Source of the DNA: Thermoanaerobaculia bacterium
GTDB lineage: Bacteria; Acidobacteriota; Thermoanaerobaculia; Multivoradales; UBA5704
Reading direction: 5' to 3'
Assembly: GCA_044226625.1 (NCBI GenBank)
Contig: JBGAGQ010000005.1
Coordinates: 123,549 to 187,548, forward strand
Length of the DNA: 64,000 bases
Below, piece after piece: positions 39,057-49,198 of this stretch (its first letter is position 1; each line of letters starts with the position of its first letter). The notes beneath the pieces were generated by a model. That model did not search any database. It had not been told where the DNA came from and saw nothing but the letters and a program-made list of their open reading frames with translations. The translations under genes and the position numbers were made by a program.

Positions 39057-40499
39057 ATGCGTCGATTTGCCTTTCTGATCGCGCTGTTTTCCGCCTCGCT
39101 CACGTTGGTTCCCGTGCGCGGGACGGGAGGCATCCCCTCGACCCTGGTGACGTCCCTGTCGGTCGAGGTCTCTGCGGCGCTGCGGAACTCAGCGGCGCCC
39201 GGGGTGTATGTGGTGCGGATCGACGACGGCGAGCCGGTGTTCGATTTCGACGGCGACACGCCGCGCATCCTCGCCTCGAATACCAAGCTGCTCACCACGG
39301 CGGCGGCGCTCGACGCGTTCGGTCCGGGGTATTTCTTCGAGACCCGGCTGCTCTCCCGCGGCGAGGTGAAGGATGGAACGCTGGTCGGCGACCTGGGCGT
39401 GGTCGGCGGTGGCGATCCGAGCATCTCGGGGCGCGATTGGGCGGGCGACTCGTACGCCGTCTTCCGTCAGTGGGCGGCCGCCCTCCGGGCGCGCGGGGTG
39501 AAGAAGGTCGCGGGCGACCTCTATCTCGCCCACGGCATGTTCGAGGCGCGGCGCATCCACCCCGACTGGCCGTCCGAGCAGCTCGACGCCTGGTATGAGG
39601 CGCCGATCGACGCCCTGTCGTTCAACGACAACTGCATCCTGATCCGGGTCCGGCCGAACGCCCCCGGTGAGGCGCCGTCGATCGAGACAATCCCGCCGGT
39701 CAAGCTGTTCCGGCTCGACAACCGGGCGCGCACCGTCGCCGGCCGGGCGGCGAATCCGGTGGTCCGGCGCGAAGGGGACCTGCTGATCGTCTCCGGCAAG
39801 ATCGGCACCGCTCGAGGGCCGTTCGACACCTGGATCTCGGTTCCCGATCCGACGCTCTATTTCGGCTCCTCCCTGATCGACGCCCTGCGCGAAGAGGGAA
39901 TCGAGGTCGCTGGGCAGCCTCAACCGGTGGAGAGCCTCCCCGGCGAGGTCTGGGAGCGGCTCGCGGCCTACCGGAGCGGCCTGCTCTCCGCGGTCGAGGT
40001 CGCCAACAAGCGGAGCCAGAACTTCTACGCCGAAAGCCTGGTCAAGCTGCTCGGCGCGCGGCGCTGCGGTCACGGTGGCTGGCGCGAGGGAACGCAGGCG
40101 GTGGGGGAGTTCCTTCTCTCGTTCGGCGTGCCGGCCGGGTCGTTCCGCCTCGCCGACGGCTCCGGCATGTCGCGCGGCAACCAGCTCTCGCCGCGCCAGA
40201 TGACGCGGCTGCTGCGCCACATGTGGTATCACCCCTCGGGCTCGGAGTTCGTCCGATCCCTGCCCTACGGCGGGGAGGACAACGGCGGGTGGAAATCGCG
40301 GTTGGCGAGCCCTCCGTACCAGGGCAACGTCTACGCCAAGACCGGCACGCTCGCCGACGTCTCGAGCCTCTCGGGTTACGCCCGCGCGGTGTCGGGCCGG
40401 GTCTACGCGTTCTCGATCCTCTTGAACCAGACCCGCAGCAACGAGGAAGCCCACCGCGAGCAGGACCGGATCGTCAAAGCGATCGTGGATCAGGGCTAG
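39057..40499 (+). CDS. dacB: D-Ala-D-Ala carboxypeptidase/endopeptidase PBP4 (S13)
   Basis: SNTK, GGGDP, SQN, DGSGMSR, KTG. Confidence 0.93.
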   Translation: MRRFAFLIALFSASLTLVPVRGTGGIPSTLVTSLSVEVSAALRNSAAPGVYVVRIDDGEPVFDFDGDTPRILASNTKLLTTAAALDAFGPGYFFETRLLSRGEVKDGTLVGDLGVVGGGDPSISGRDWAGDSYAVFRQWAAALRARGVKKVAGDLYLAHGMFEARRIHPDWPSEQLDAWYEAPIDALSFNDNCILIRVRPNAPGEAPSIETIPPVKLFRLDNRARTVAGRAANPVVRREGDLLIVSGKIGTARGPFDTWISVPDPTLYFGSSLIDALREEGIEVAGQPQPVESLPGEVWERLAAYRSGLLSAVEVANKRSQNFYAESLVKLLGARRCGHGGWREGTQAVGEFLLSFGVPAGSFRLADGSGMSRGNQLSPRQMTRLLRHMWYHPSGSEFVRSLPYGGEDNGGWKSRLASPPYQGNVYAKTGTLADVSSLSGYARAVSGRVYAFSILLNQTRSNEEAHREQDRIVKAIVDQG

Positions 40500-40548
40500 G
40501 GCGCCGGCCGTCCGGCTCGATCCCGCCCCCAACCCCCGGAGAGTGTCG

Positions 40549-41817
40549 ATGTCCACGGAAGTCCGCGCGGTCAACTACCGCGAGCTGATGAAGAAGGTCG
40601 AGCAGGTCGTCTCGGCGATCGACCGCTCGGACGACGTCTCGAGCACGATCCAAACCGTAATCGAGACGATCATCCAGAAATTCCGAGGCGAGCTCGGCAT
40701 CTACGGCGGCCGGCTCTACCGGCTGGAGGGGAACATGTACGTCCTCGAACGCCGATTCGGCGACGCCGCGCCGGTCGACCTCGGGTTGAAGATCCCCTGG
40801 TCCTATCCGCCGTTCGAGCGGCTCGCCGAAGAGGGCGTCGTCTACATGGCGACCAGCGACCCGGGCGTCGACCCGGAGCTCGAGGCGAAGCTCGGCGTCC
40901 AGCGCTTCGCGGCGGTCGAGGTGGGGGACGAGGACTTCGTCCTGGCGTTCGACATCGCCCAGGGCGTTTCGGCCGACGACGTCCGGTTCTCGCTCGGCAT
41001 CCTGCGCCACAGCATCAACGAGAAGATCCGGCGCGAGCGGATGCGCACGCTGTACGAAGAGGCGCGGAAGATCCAGGCCTCGATCCTGCCGCGGCGCGTG
41101 CCGACCTACGGCCAGTTCGACCTGTTCGGCCGCTTCGAGCCGATGGAGAGCGTCGGCGGCGACTTCTTCGACTACATCCCGCTCACCGAGAAGATCCTCG
41201 GCCTGGCGATCGCCGACGTCTCGGGGCACGGGCTCACGGCAGCCCTCCAGGTGCGCGACATCTACATGGGCCTCCGCATGGGGCTCGCGCGCGACCTGAA
41301 GATCGTCCGCACCGTCGAGCGGCTGAACTCGATCATCCACCGGAGCACGCTCACCAGCCGGTTCGTCTCGATGTTCTACGGCGAGCTCGAGCTGAACGGA
41401 AACTTCATCTACGTCAACGCGGGCCACCCGCCGCCGTTCCACCTGTCCGCCGACGGCACCTGCCGCCTGCTCGAAGAAGGCGGTCCCGTCCTCGGGCCGC
41501 TCGCCTCGGCCTCCTACGAGCGCGGCTTCGTGATCATGAAGCCGGGCGACATGCTGGTGTTCTACACCGACGGCATCGTCGAAGCGCTGGGCAAGGGCGA
41601 CGGCGCCGACCGCGAAGAGTACGGCCTCCGCCGCCTCATCCAAGTCGCGAGCGCCCAGCGAGGCAAGCCGGCGCAAGAGGTGGTCGAAGGCGTGTTCCAA
41701 GACGTCGAGCGCTTCTCGGAAGGGGAGCCGGCGCAGGACGACCGGACCGTCATGGTCGTCTGCCAGCCGGCGACCGGCACGCCGACGATGGCGTTCCCTC
41801 GGCCGCGGTTCGTGTAG
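40549..41817 (+). CDS. SpoIIE/RsbU-like PP2C phosphatase with GAF-like N-terminus
   Basis: VGGDFFD, DVSGHG, NAGHPP, YTDGI, QDDRT. Confidence 0.92.
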   Translation: MSTEVRAVNYRELMKKVEQVVSAIDRSDDVSSTIQTVIETIIQKFRGELGIYGGRLYRLEGNMYVLERRFGDAAPVDLGLKIPWSYPPFERLAEEGVVYMATSDPGVDPELEAKLGVQRFAAVEVGDEDFVLAFDIAQGVSADDVRFSLGILRHSINEKIRRERMRTLYEEARKIQASILPRRVPTYGQFDLFGRFEPMESVGGDFFDYIPLTEKILGLAIADVSGHGLTAALQVRDIYMGLRMGLARDLKIVRTVERLNSIIHRSTLTSRFVSMFYGELELNGNFIYVNAGHPPPFHLSADGTCRLLEEGGPVLGPLASASYERGFVIMKPGDMLVFYTDGIVEALGKGDGADREEYGLRRLIQVASAQRGKPAQEVVEGVFQDVERFSEGEPAQDDRTVMVVCQPATGTPTMAFPRPRFV

Positions 41818-41829
41818 CGGTTCGGGAGG

Positions 41830-42009
41830 GCCCCCACCTCGGTCCTCCCCCTCGAGCGGGGGAGGAAGAAAAGCGGCGCCTCCGAGAGTCCTGCTGGATG
41901 TTCGCACGGTCACGACGCTTGGAGGAGGGGAAGACGAGAGGCAGCGTCTGCCTCCGACGTCCGGAAGCACGTCCCTCCCCCCGCTTGCGGGGGGAGGCCA
42001 GGAGGGGGG
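41830..42009. repeat. REP/BIME-like palindromic unit; inverted copy of the 49199-49802 unit
   Basis: Motifs at 41830-41868 and 41971-42009 closely match the reverse complements of the two motifs in the 49.2-49.8 kb cluster. Confidence 0.8.
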
Positions 42010-42037
42010 TAGCGACAACATCAGGCGGCCCGCGCGA

Positions 42038-42703
42038 CTATCCGAGCGAAACCATCTCCAACTCCTGCCGCAGCTTGATCAGGAGCTTCTCGTCGTACAC
42101 ACCCGAGCGGAGCTGGACCCCGGGATAGATCTGCGTCTCGCGCCCGACCACCACGCCGGGGTGGATCACGCAGTTGCACCCGGTCTGGACGTGATCGCCG
42201 AGCACCGCGCCGAGCTTCCGTCGCCCGCTCGGCCGGTCCTTGCCGACGCGGATCTCCCGGCCGTCGTGGCGGAAGTTCGAGAGGATCGTCCCAGCGCCTA
42301 GGTTCACCTCCGCGCCGAGGATCGAATCGCCCACGTAGTTCAGATGCGGCGCTCGCGCTCCGGGGAGGAAGATCGCGCGCTTCACCTCCGTGCTCGCCCC
42401 GATCACCGCGCCGTCGCCGATCCAGACCCCGCCGCGCAGGTACGCGCCCGGGCGGATCTCCACGTCCTCGCCGATCCACGCCGGCCCTTCGATCACCACC
42501 CCAGGACCGAGCCGCGTCCCCTTGCCGATCGCGATCCCGTCGCCTGCCAGGAACACCTCCGGCGGCACGCCGATCTCGATCGCCGAGGAGGGGAGGGCGG
42601 AGAGAATCTCGTCCAGCGCCTCGCCCAGCAGCGACCAAGGAGCATCCGGATCGAAGCGCGCGGCGAACGGCGCCGGTAGGTCGGCGAAGAGAGGGGGGAT
42701 CAT
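42038..42703 (-). CDS. Hexapeptide-repeat (LbH) acyltransferase, GlmU C-terminal-like
   Basis: HLNYVGDSILG, NLGAGT, RKLGAVLGD; no nucleotidyltransferase domain. Confidence 0.85.
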   Translation of the reverse strand: MIPPLFADLPAPFAARFDPDAPWSLLGEALDEILSALPSSAIEIGVPPEVFLAGDGIAIGKGTRLGPGVVIEGPAWIGEDVEIRPGAYLRGGVWIGDGAVIGASTEVKRAIFLPGARAPHLNYVGDSILGAEVNLGAGTILSNFRHDGREIRVGKDRPSGRRKLGAVLGDHVQTGCNCVIHPGVVVGRETQIYPGVQLRSGVYDEKLLIKLRQELEMVSLG

Positions 42704-42763
42704 GGGATGGCGGGATTATAGGTCCGAAATCCGCCCTCCATCGGCGCTACCATCCGCCCGCCC

Positions 42764-43381
42764 ATGACTCGCGCGGCACTCAAACCCCTACCCCTCCGCT
42801 TCTACCGCCGCCCGACCGAGCTGGTGGCGCGCGAGCTGCTCGGGCGGTTCATCGTCCGGGAGATCGAGGGCGAGCGCCTGGTGGTCCGCATCGTCGAGAC
42901 GGAGGCCTATCTCGGCGGGCCGGATCGGGCGAGCCATGCTTGGGGGGGCCGGCGGACGGCTCGCAACGAATGCCTCTACCTGCCCGGGGGGCACGCCTAT
43001 GTCTATTTCATCTACGGCATGCACTTCTGCCTGAACGTGGTGACCGAGGGGGCGGACCTCGGCAGCGCGGTCTTGATCCGTGCCGGAGAGCCGGTGGAGG
43101 GTCTGGAGCGGATGCTCGCCCGACGCGGACTGGCTCGGGCGCGGCCGGGGGATGTCGCGGGTGGGCCGGGACGGCTGTGTAAAGCGCTCGGGATCGACCG
43201 CGCGGACGATGGCGTGCGGCTCGACTGCGGGGCGCTGCGGATCGTCGAAGGGGAGCCCGTCGCTCCGGAAGAGATCGCGGTCGGTCCGCGGGTGGGGATC
43301 GGTTACGCGGGGGAGGCCGTCGCGTGGCCGCTGCGTTTCGCGATCCGCGGCCATCCGCACGTTTCGCGGCCGCGGCTGTAG
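42764..43381 (+). CDS. mpg: DNA-3-methyladenine glycosylase (MPG/AAG family)
   Basis: IVETEAY, YVYFIYGMHFCLN, AVLIRA, GPGRL, PRVGI. Confidence 0.93.
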   Translation: MTRAALKPLPLRFYRRPTELVARELLGRFIVREIEGERLVVRIVETEAYLGGPDRASHAWGGRRTARNECLYLPGGHAYVYFIYGMHFCLNVVTEGADLGSAVLIRAGEPVEGLERMLARRGLARARPGDVAGGPGRLCKALGIDRADDGVRLDCGALRIVEGEPVAPEEIAVGPRVGIGYAGEAVAWPLRFAIRGHPHVSRPRL

Positions 43382-43397
43382 GCCCCTACTTCCGCTT

Positions 43398-44564
43398 TTA
43401 CTTCCCCTTGCCGGCCGATAGCGTGATGTGCCCGGCCTGGGCGAGCTTCCAGAAGACGAGGAGCGCGTCGAGCTGCGGCATCGGAGTGATCTTCACGATC
43501 GCCTGGATGTCGTAGGTGCCGGAGATCCGGGTGAGCATGAAGCCCTCTTGCGGCGAGATCTTGAGCGTCTGGAGCTCTTCCATCTTGCGCGCGAGCTTCG
43601 GGATCGAGCCGAGGGTCACCCCGGCGAGCTCGACCGCCTCGCGCACTTTCCGCTCACCGTCGCGGAGGGCCGTCTCCGTCTCGCGCTTCTCGGGCTCGAG
43701 GCTCCGGGCTGCGCGCAGGTGGCGGAGCGCGAGCTCGTACTCTTTCTCGTCGAGATACTTTTGCGCGGCGGTGAGCAGTTGAGAGAAGTCGATCGCCGCC
43801 CCGTTCGTGCTCGGTACCGTGATCACGGGGAAACGGCCGGTCAGGTTCGTCCCCGGCCCGATCCAGCGCGGCTTCACGATTTTGAGGCGCCCCTCGCGAT
43901 ACTGGTCGAACAGGACGCGGTAGACGAAGAATTCGGCCGAGTGGGTTTCGCGCTGGATCTCGCCGACCGTCCGCTCGTCGTCGACGTGCTCGAGGACCTT
44001 GCGCTTGCCCGCGTCGAGATCGGTCTCGTCCCACATCGCGATCTGGACCGGGATCGAGTCGGAGGAGGGGATCACCGCGCGAAGGCGGTTCCATTCGTCG
44101 ACCCGCTGCACCCCTTCGAGGATGATCGCCGTGACGTCCAGGTTCATCGGGATCATCGGGTGCTCGGGGAGCACGTCGTCCAGGAACTTGAAGTCGGCCT
44201 CGGTCCAGGTGAACAGGTCGTAGATGCTCTCTTCGGCCTTGAGCCGGAGGAGCCGGTGGAGCTCCTGTTCGGAGATCACCCCGGAATCGACCAGGATGCG
44301 GCCGAGCAGCTTGCCGGTCTTGCCCTGATCTTGGACCGCTTTCGTCAGGTCCTCGTCGCTGATGAAACCCTGGCTCACCAGGAAATGGCCGAGATACTCC
44401 TCCGGCTTGGTCGAGGAAGAGGAGATGACCCGGCCCTCGCGGAAGAAGATCTTCTTTTCGATCTTCAGATGCGTGACCTGCAGCGTTCCCGTCTTCTGGC
44501 TCTGGGAAAGCCACTGCAGCAGCTCGGCGAGCTGCATGGTCTTGAGATTTCCGACGATGCCCAT
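43398..44564 (-). CDS. DUF4388 (PatA N-terminal-like) domain protein
   Basis: GNLKTMQLAELLQWL..KTGTL; LLGRILV; EGVQRVDEW; a TPR-like segment. Confidence 0.85.
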   Translation of the reverse strand: MGIVGNLKTMQLAELLQWLSQSQKTGTLQVTHLKIEKKIFFREGRVISSSSTKPEEYLGHFLVSQGFISDEDLTKAVQDQGKTGKLLGRILVDSGVISEQELHRLLRLKAEESIYDLFTWTEADFKFLDDVLPEHPMIPMNLDVTAIILEGVQRVDEWNRLRAVIPSSDSIPVQIAMWDETDLDAGKRKVLEHVDDERTVGEIQRETHSAEFFVYRVLFDQYREGRLKIVKPRWIGPGTNLTGRFPVITVPSTNGAAIDFSQLLTAAQKYLDEKEYELALRHLRAARSLEPEKRETETALRDGERKVREAVELAGVTLGSIPKLARKMEELQTLKISPQEGFMLTRISGTYDIQAIVKITPMPQLDALLVFWKLAQAGHITLSAGKGK

Positions 44565-44671
44565 GGCGATCCGCGACGGCCGATTATAGTTCCGGGGAGT
44601 TTTCTGGCCACGCCGGTCCCCGGCGGTCCGAATCGACGAATCGAGCGCTCACGACTCGTCGAATCTGGACT

Positions 44672-45157
44672 TTACCGCGCCGGGGTCGTTCCGGTCTGTC
44701 CCTGGTAATGGGACGACGAGCCGGGCTCGCCATAGGCCACCTCGGGCTCCGACTCCATGGCGATGAAGATCAGCTGGGCGATCCGCCGCCCGGCCTCGAG
44801 GACGAACGGCGCGGGGCCCAGGTTCTGGAGCTCCAGGGTGATGTTCCCTTCGAACCCCGGGTCGCACCAGCCGGCGAGGGAGTGGTTGATCCAGAGCCGG
44901 CCGAGCGTCGACTTGAGCTTCAGGTCGCAGGCGACCGTGCGGGGGATGCGCACGTATTCGAGCGTCGAGGCGAGGATCACCTCGCCCGGGAAGAGCTTGA
45001 CCGCGCTGGAGGTGAACTCCTCCGGGTCGCGGGTCGGGCAGATCCAATGGTCGGAGAGGCGCACGTCGTAGCTCGCCGAGTTGACCTGGGCGGGCTCGTA
45101 CGGGCGGACGCCCCCCTCCTCGCCCCAGGAGCGGATCCAACGATCGGGTTTGATCAT
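44672..45157 (-). CDS. dcd: dCTP deaminase
   Basis: SYDVRL, STLE, KSTLGR, DPGFEGNITLE, HYQGQ. Confidence 0.93.
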   Translation of the reverse strand: MIKPDRWIRSWGEEGGVRPYEPAQVNSASYDVRLSDHWICPTRDPEEFTSSAVKLFPGEVILASTLEYVRIPRTVACDLKLKSTLGRLWINHSLAGWCDPGFEGNITLELQNLGPAPFVLEAGRRIAQLIFIAMESEPEVAYGEPGSSSHYQGQTGTTPAR

Positions 45158-45173
45158 CTCGTCGTCGACCGGC

Positions 45174-46157
45174 CTATTGGAACCAGACCGGGGTGGTCAC
45201 CTGCTCGCGGTGGATCGTGTCGACGAAGCGGATGATCCGCCGGTTGAGCGACATGAAGAGCGTCGAGGTCCGGGCGCCGCCGCCGAAGAAGCGCACCCCC
45301 TTGAGCAGCTCGCCGTCGGTGACGCCGGTCGAAGAGAACAGGATCTCCTCGCCGGGCGCGAGCTCCTCGGTGCTGTAGACCTTGTCGGAATCCATGATCT
45401 CCAGGTCTCTGAGGCGCTGCTCCTGCTCCGGGTCGAGCGCCTTCAACCGCGCCTGGATCTCGCCGCCCAGACAGCGCATGGCCGCGGCGGTGATCACCCC
45501 TTCCGGCGCGCCGCCGATCCCCATCACGGCGTGCACCCCGGTACCGCGCACGGCCGCCGCGATGCCGGCCGAGAGGTCGCCGTCGCCGATCAGCCGGATG
45601 CGCGCCCCGGCGCTCCGGATGTCGGCGATCAGCTGCTCGTGGCGCGTCCGGTCGAGCACGACGATCGTGAGGTCGCTCACCTTGCGGTTGAACGCGGCGG
45701 CGATATTGCGCAGGTTTTCGGCCACCGGGGCGTCGAGGTGGATCGTGCCGCGGGCGGTCTGGCCGACCACGATCTTCTCCATGTAGACGTCCGGCGCGTG
45801 GAGAAGGCCCCCGCGCTCCGCGGCGGCGAGCACCGCCACGGCGTCCGGGGCGCCGGTCGCGCAGAGGTTGGTCCCCTCGAGCGGATCGACCGCGATGTCG
45901 ACCTTCGGGGCGTCCGGCTTGCCGCGCGACGCCCCAAGCTCCTCGCCGACGAAGAGCATCGGCGCCTTGTCGCGCTCGCCCTCGCCGATCACGATCCGGC
46001 CGTGCATGTCGAGCAGGTCCATCTCGCGGCGCATCGCCTCGACCGCGACGTGGTCGGAGTGCTTCCGCTCGCCGAAGCCCATGGTCTTCGCCGCCGCGAG
46101 CGCCGCCTGCTCGGTGACGCGGATGAAATCCTGTTCCAGGCGTTGGTCGATCGCCAT
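45174..46157 (-). CDS. glpX: Fructose-1,6-bisphosphatase class II
   Basis: [41 protein letters not shown]. Confidence 0.96.
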   Translation of the reverse strand: MAIDQRLEQDFIRVTEQAALAAAKTMGFGERKHSDHVAVEAMRREMDLLDMHGRIVIGEGERDKAPMLFVGEELGASRGKPDAPKVDIAVDPLEGTNLCATGAPDAVAVLAAAERGGLLHAPDVYMEKIVVGQTARGTIHLDAPVAENLRNIAAAFNRKVSDLTIVVLDRTRHEQLIADIRSAGARIRLIGDGDLSAGIAAAVRGTGVHAVMGIGGAPEGVITAAAMRCLGGEIQARLKALDPEQEQRLRDLEIMDSDKVYSTEELAPGEEILFSSTGVTDGELLKGVRFFGGGARTSTLFMSLNRRIIRFVDTIHREQVTTPVWFQ

Positions 46158-47470
46158 CAGCCGACGCTCCCCGCCTCGACCGGGATCGCCACGGCCGGCC
46201 GCACCGCTTTGCCTTCGACCAGCGGCGGATTGAACGCCGGGATGCCGGTGATCGCCTCGCCGATGATCAGGGCGTGGATGTCGTGCGTCCCTTCATAGGT
46301 GAAGACCGACTCGATGTTCAGCATGTGGCGGATGACCGGGTAGTCGTCGACGATGCCGTTCGCCCCCAGGATCTCGCGGGCGAGGCGGGCGCATTCGCGC
46401 GCCACCCAGACGTTGTTCCGCTTGCCGAGCGAGATCTGCTGGTGCTTGATCCGCCCGGAGTCCTTGAGCTTGCCGAGCTGGTAGACGAGCAGCTGCCCCT
46501 TGGTGATCTCGGAGACCATCCAGACCAGCTTCTCCTGCACCATCTGATGGCTCGCGATCGGCTGGCCGGCGAACTGGACGCGCTCTTTCGCGTAGGTGAG
46601 GGCCGTGTAGTAGCACTCCATCGCCGCGCCCAATCCCCCCCAGGCGATGCCGTAGCGCGCCTGGTTCAAGCACATGAGGGGGCTCTTCAGGCCGGTCGAG
46701 CCGGGCAGCAGGTTCTCGGCCGGGATGCGGCAGTCGTGGAAGCCGAGCTCCGACGTGGTCGACGCCCGAAGCGAGAACTTCCCATGCTGGTCCGACGAGG
46801 TGAAGCCCGGCGTCCCCTTCTCGACCAGGAAGCCCCGCACGCCGTCCTCGGTCTTCGCCCAGACCACCGCGACGTCGGCGAGCGTGCCGTTGGTGATCCA
46901 CTGCTTCGAGCCGTTCAGGACCCACTCGTTGCCGACTTTCTTCGCGGTCGTCCGCATGCCGCCCGGGTTCGAGCCGAAATCGGGCTCGGTCAGGCCGAAG
47001 CAGCCGATCGCCTCGCCGGTCGAGAGCGGCGGAATCCAGCGGTCGCGCTGCTCTTTGGAGCCGAAGGTATAGATCGGGTACATGACGAGCGAGCTCTGGA
47101 CCGAGACGAAGCTGCGCAGGCCGGAGTCGCCCCGTTCGAGCTCCTGCATGATCAAGCCGTAGGCGACGTTGTTCAGGCCCGGCAGGCCGTATTCGTCGAT
47201 CGTCGCGCCGAACAGGTTCATCCGTCCCATCTCGGGCACCAGCTCGAGCGGGGTGCGCCCTTCGCGGTGGCACTCCTCGATGATTGGCTTGACCTTGTCG
47301 TCGACGAATTCGCGCACGGTGTCGCGCGCCATCCGCTCTTCTTCAGACAGCAGGGAATCGAACTCCATGAAATCGACACCGGGGAAGCGGCTCAAGGGGG
47401 TTCTCCTTCGCGAGGCGGCGGATTTTCGGGGATCCGGGAAGGAGACCTCCCGCTCCGCGATCGTGGTCAT
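46157..47470 (-). CDS. gcdH: Acyl-CoA dehydrogenase (glutaryl-CoA dehydrogenase-like)
   Basis: [37 protein letters not shown]. Confidence 0.85.
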   Translation of the reverse strand: MTTIAEREVSFPDPRKSAASRRRTPLSRFPGVDFMEFDSLLSEEERMARDTVREFVDDKVKPIIEECHREGRTPLELVPEMGRMNLFGATIDEYGLPGLNNVAYGLIMQELERGDSGLRSFVSVQSSLVMYPIYTFGSKEQRDRWIPPLSTGEAIGCFGLTEPDFGSNPGGMRTTAKKVGNEWVLNGSKQWITNGTLADVAVVWAKTEDGVRGFLVEKGTPGFTSSDQHGKFSLRASTTSELGFHDCRIPAENLLPGSTGLKSPLMCLNQARYGIAWGGLGAAMECYYTALTYAKERVQFAGQPIASHQMVQEKLVWMVSEITKGQLLVYQLGKLKDSGRIKHQQISLGKRNNVWVARECARLAREILGANGIVDDYPVIRHMLNIESVFTYEGTHDIHALIIGEAITGIPAFNPPLVEGKAVRPAVAIPVEAGSVG

Positions 47471-47571
47471 GAGGGTTTCGGACCTAGACGTCCGAACGTG
47501 AATGATACCACCGGGAGGACGACCGATTTCTCCGTGCCTCCCCGCGCCGGATTTCGGCGCGCGGGCGTTCC

Positions 47572-47998
47572 TTGTGCGGGCGCACGGCGGCTTTGTGCGG
47601 AGTCGGTGCGCCGGAGAGGTGCGGAGAGCCACGGAACCGCTCGTCCAGTTTCGCTTTGTGCAGAGGCAAGTGAAATCTGTGCAGCGGCGGGCTACGGAGG
47701 CGGAGATCCAAGCTTCACTTGTGCGGATCGGCTGGAACGATGTGCGAGTCGCTGGGGCGGAAGAGGATTCGCAGGGGGAGCATTCTCGAATTCCCCTCCC
47801 GCGAACCCGCATTGCGTTCCTCGTTTGTGCAGGTCCCTCCGGTCCTTGTGCGTTGCGGGCGAGATCTCCGGTGCCATGGACCGCGCGAGGCGTTTTCTGG
47901 AGCCGCTCTGCACAATCTCCAGCCGCGCTCGCACATTTGTGGCCTGCTCAGCCGCTTCCGCTCTCCGCTTTGTGCGCGCGTGCCGCGGATTCGCACAT
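47572..47998. repeat. 21-bp-phased (T/C/A)TGTGC(G/A) motif tract
   Basis: Motif at 47572, 47593, 47656, 47677, 47719, 47740, then 47825, 47846 and 47970; inverted copies at 47909, 47930 and 47992. Confidence 0.6.
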
Positions 47999-48055
47999 AC
48001 GGCACCTGGCCAAGGGGTTTTCCCTCCAGGGTGAGCAGGGCCTCGCGCAGGGCGA

Positions 48056-48223
48056 GTCGCCCTCCGTGAAGGGGCTTGGAGTGGACACGACGCCCTCCCG
48101 CGGAGCTGGTCGAGGTAGGTCGTCGCCCCCCGTGCGGGGCGTGGATTTGAAACCAGTGGCCCACGGAAGCCGGCCCACGGGAGACGATGGCGGGCGTCCC
48201 TCGCGCGTTCGGGGGATTCAAAC
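48056..48223 (+). CRISPR. Degenerate orphan type I-C-like mini-array (3 repeats, 2 spacers)
   Basis: R1 48056-48088 GTCGCCCTCCGTGAAGGGGCTTGGAGTGGACAC; R2 48122-48153 GTCGCCCCCCGTGCGGGGCGTGGATTTGAAAC; R3 48193-48223 GGCGTCCCTCGCGCGTTCGGGGGATTCAAAC. Spacers are 33 and 39 nt. No cas genes in the window. Confidence 0.62.
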
Positions 48224-48225
48224 GT

Positions 48226-48615
48226 TCACGGGCGTTCTTCTGCCCGTGTGCTGGCCACGATCCGCGGCACCGCGACCCAGGCCACGATGATCGCGACGAG
48301 CCAGGCGATGGCAAAGACGCGGTCGTAGAGCTCAAATCTCGCGGCTTCTTCGGGGGAGGCGGGGAACCAGGAACGTTCGGCCAGATGGCTCCAGCCGGCA
48401 GGCCAGGCGATCCCGTAGCGCAGGATTGCGTGCAAGGCGACGAGGCCCAGGATCAGCCCTGTGACCGAAAGGCCTTGGCCGAGGCCTCTACCGAAACGGC
48501 CCTTCGTCGCGACGAGCAGGCGTCCGAGGACGAGGACAGCGAGGGCGATCAGAACGGCGAACGTGATGGAAGGCAGCGATTCAGGGCAGTCCCAACAGGG
48601 ACCCGATAAATCCAT
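48226..48615 (-). CDS. Small 3-TM membrane protein with N-terminal CxxC
   Basis: GAGGAG RBS; MDLSGPCWDCP; paralog of 48708-49115. Confidence 0.75.
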   Translation of the reverse strand: MDLSGPCWDCPESLPSITFAVLIALAVLVLGRLLVATKGRFGRGLGQGLSVTGLILGLVALHAILRYGIAWPAGWSHLAERSWFPASPEEAARFELYDRVFAIAWLVAIIVAWVAVPRIVASTRAEERP

Positions 48616-48707
48616 GGCACTCTCCTCTCAGGAGGGAACGGTGTCTATCTCCTAGTTCTCCGAACGGCGCGCCGCGGTTTCGCCGGGTCGAAGCGTTCTC
48701 GCATTCG

Positions 48708-49115
48708 TCAGGGGCGGGCCAGGAAGGCGCCGGCCCGTACCGCGGCGACGATCCGCGGCACCGCGACCCAAATCGCGACCATCGCAACGAGCCAGCCGAG
48801 GCCGAAGATCCCGTCGTAGATCGGCTGTCTTGTGGCCAAGGGAACGAAGGTGTCGAGATCGCCCAACGAACCCACGGGCGCCCAGCCCGATGTCCAGGCG
48901 ACGCCGAAGCGCGCGATCGAGAGGAGGGCGAAAAGCCCCGCGATCGAGCCGGCGAGGGCGAGGCCGTGCCCCAGGCCTCGGGCGAGCTGTCCCTGCCACG
49001 CGGTGAGAGCCCGCCCCGGGACGAGCCCGGCGAGGGCGATCAGGATCGCCGTGGCGACGAAGCGGATCGCCAGGGGGCAGCCGAAACAGCAGACGAACGT
49101 CGGCGATAGATCCAT
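48708..49115 (-). CDS. Small 3-TM membrane protein with N-terminal CCxxC
   Basis: GGAGG RBS before MDLSPTFVCCFGCP; shares RGLG.GL, G.AW..GW, YD..F...WLVA and WVAVPRIVA with its neighbour. Confidence 0.75.
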   Translation of the reverse strand: MDLSPTFVCCFGCPLAIRFVATAILIALAGLVPGRALTAWQGQLARGLGHGLALAGSIAGLFALLSIARFGVAWTSGWAPVGSLGDLDTFVPLATRQPIYDGIFGLGWLVAMVAIWVAVPRIVAAVRAGAFLARP

Positions 49116-49198
49116 TGCGACCTCCAGGGCGCGAGACGACTTCGCCTGACGATTAGAGCAGGTGGAGCGTGGCGCGGTTCCGGGGTTTGCTGAGCGAG

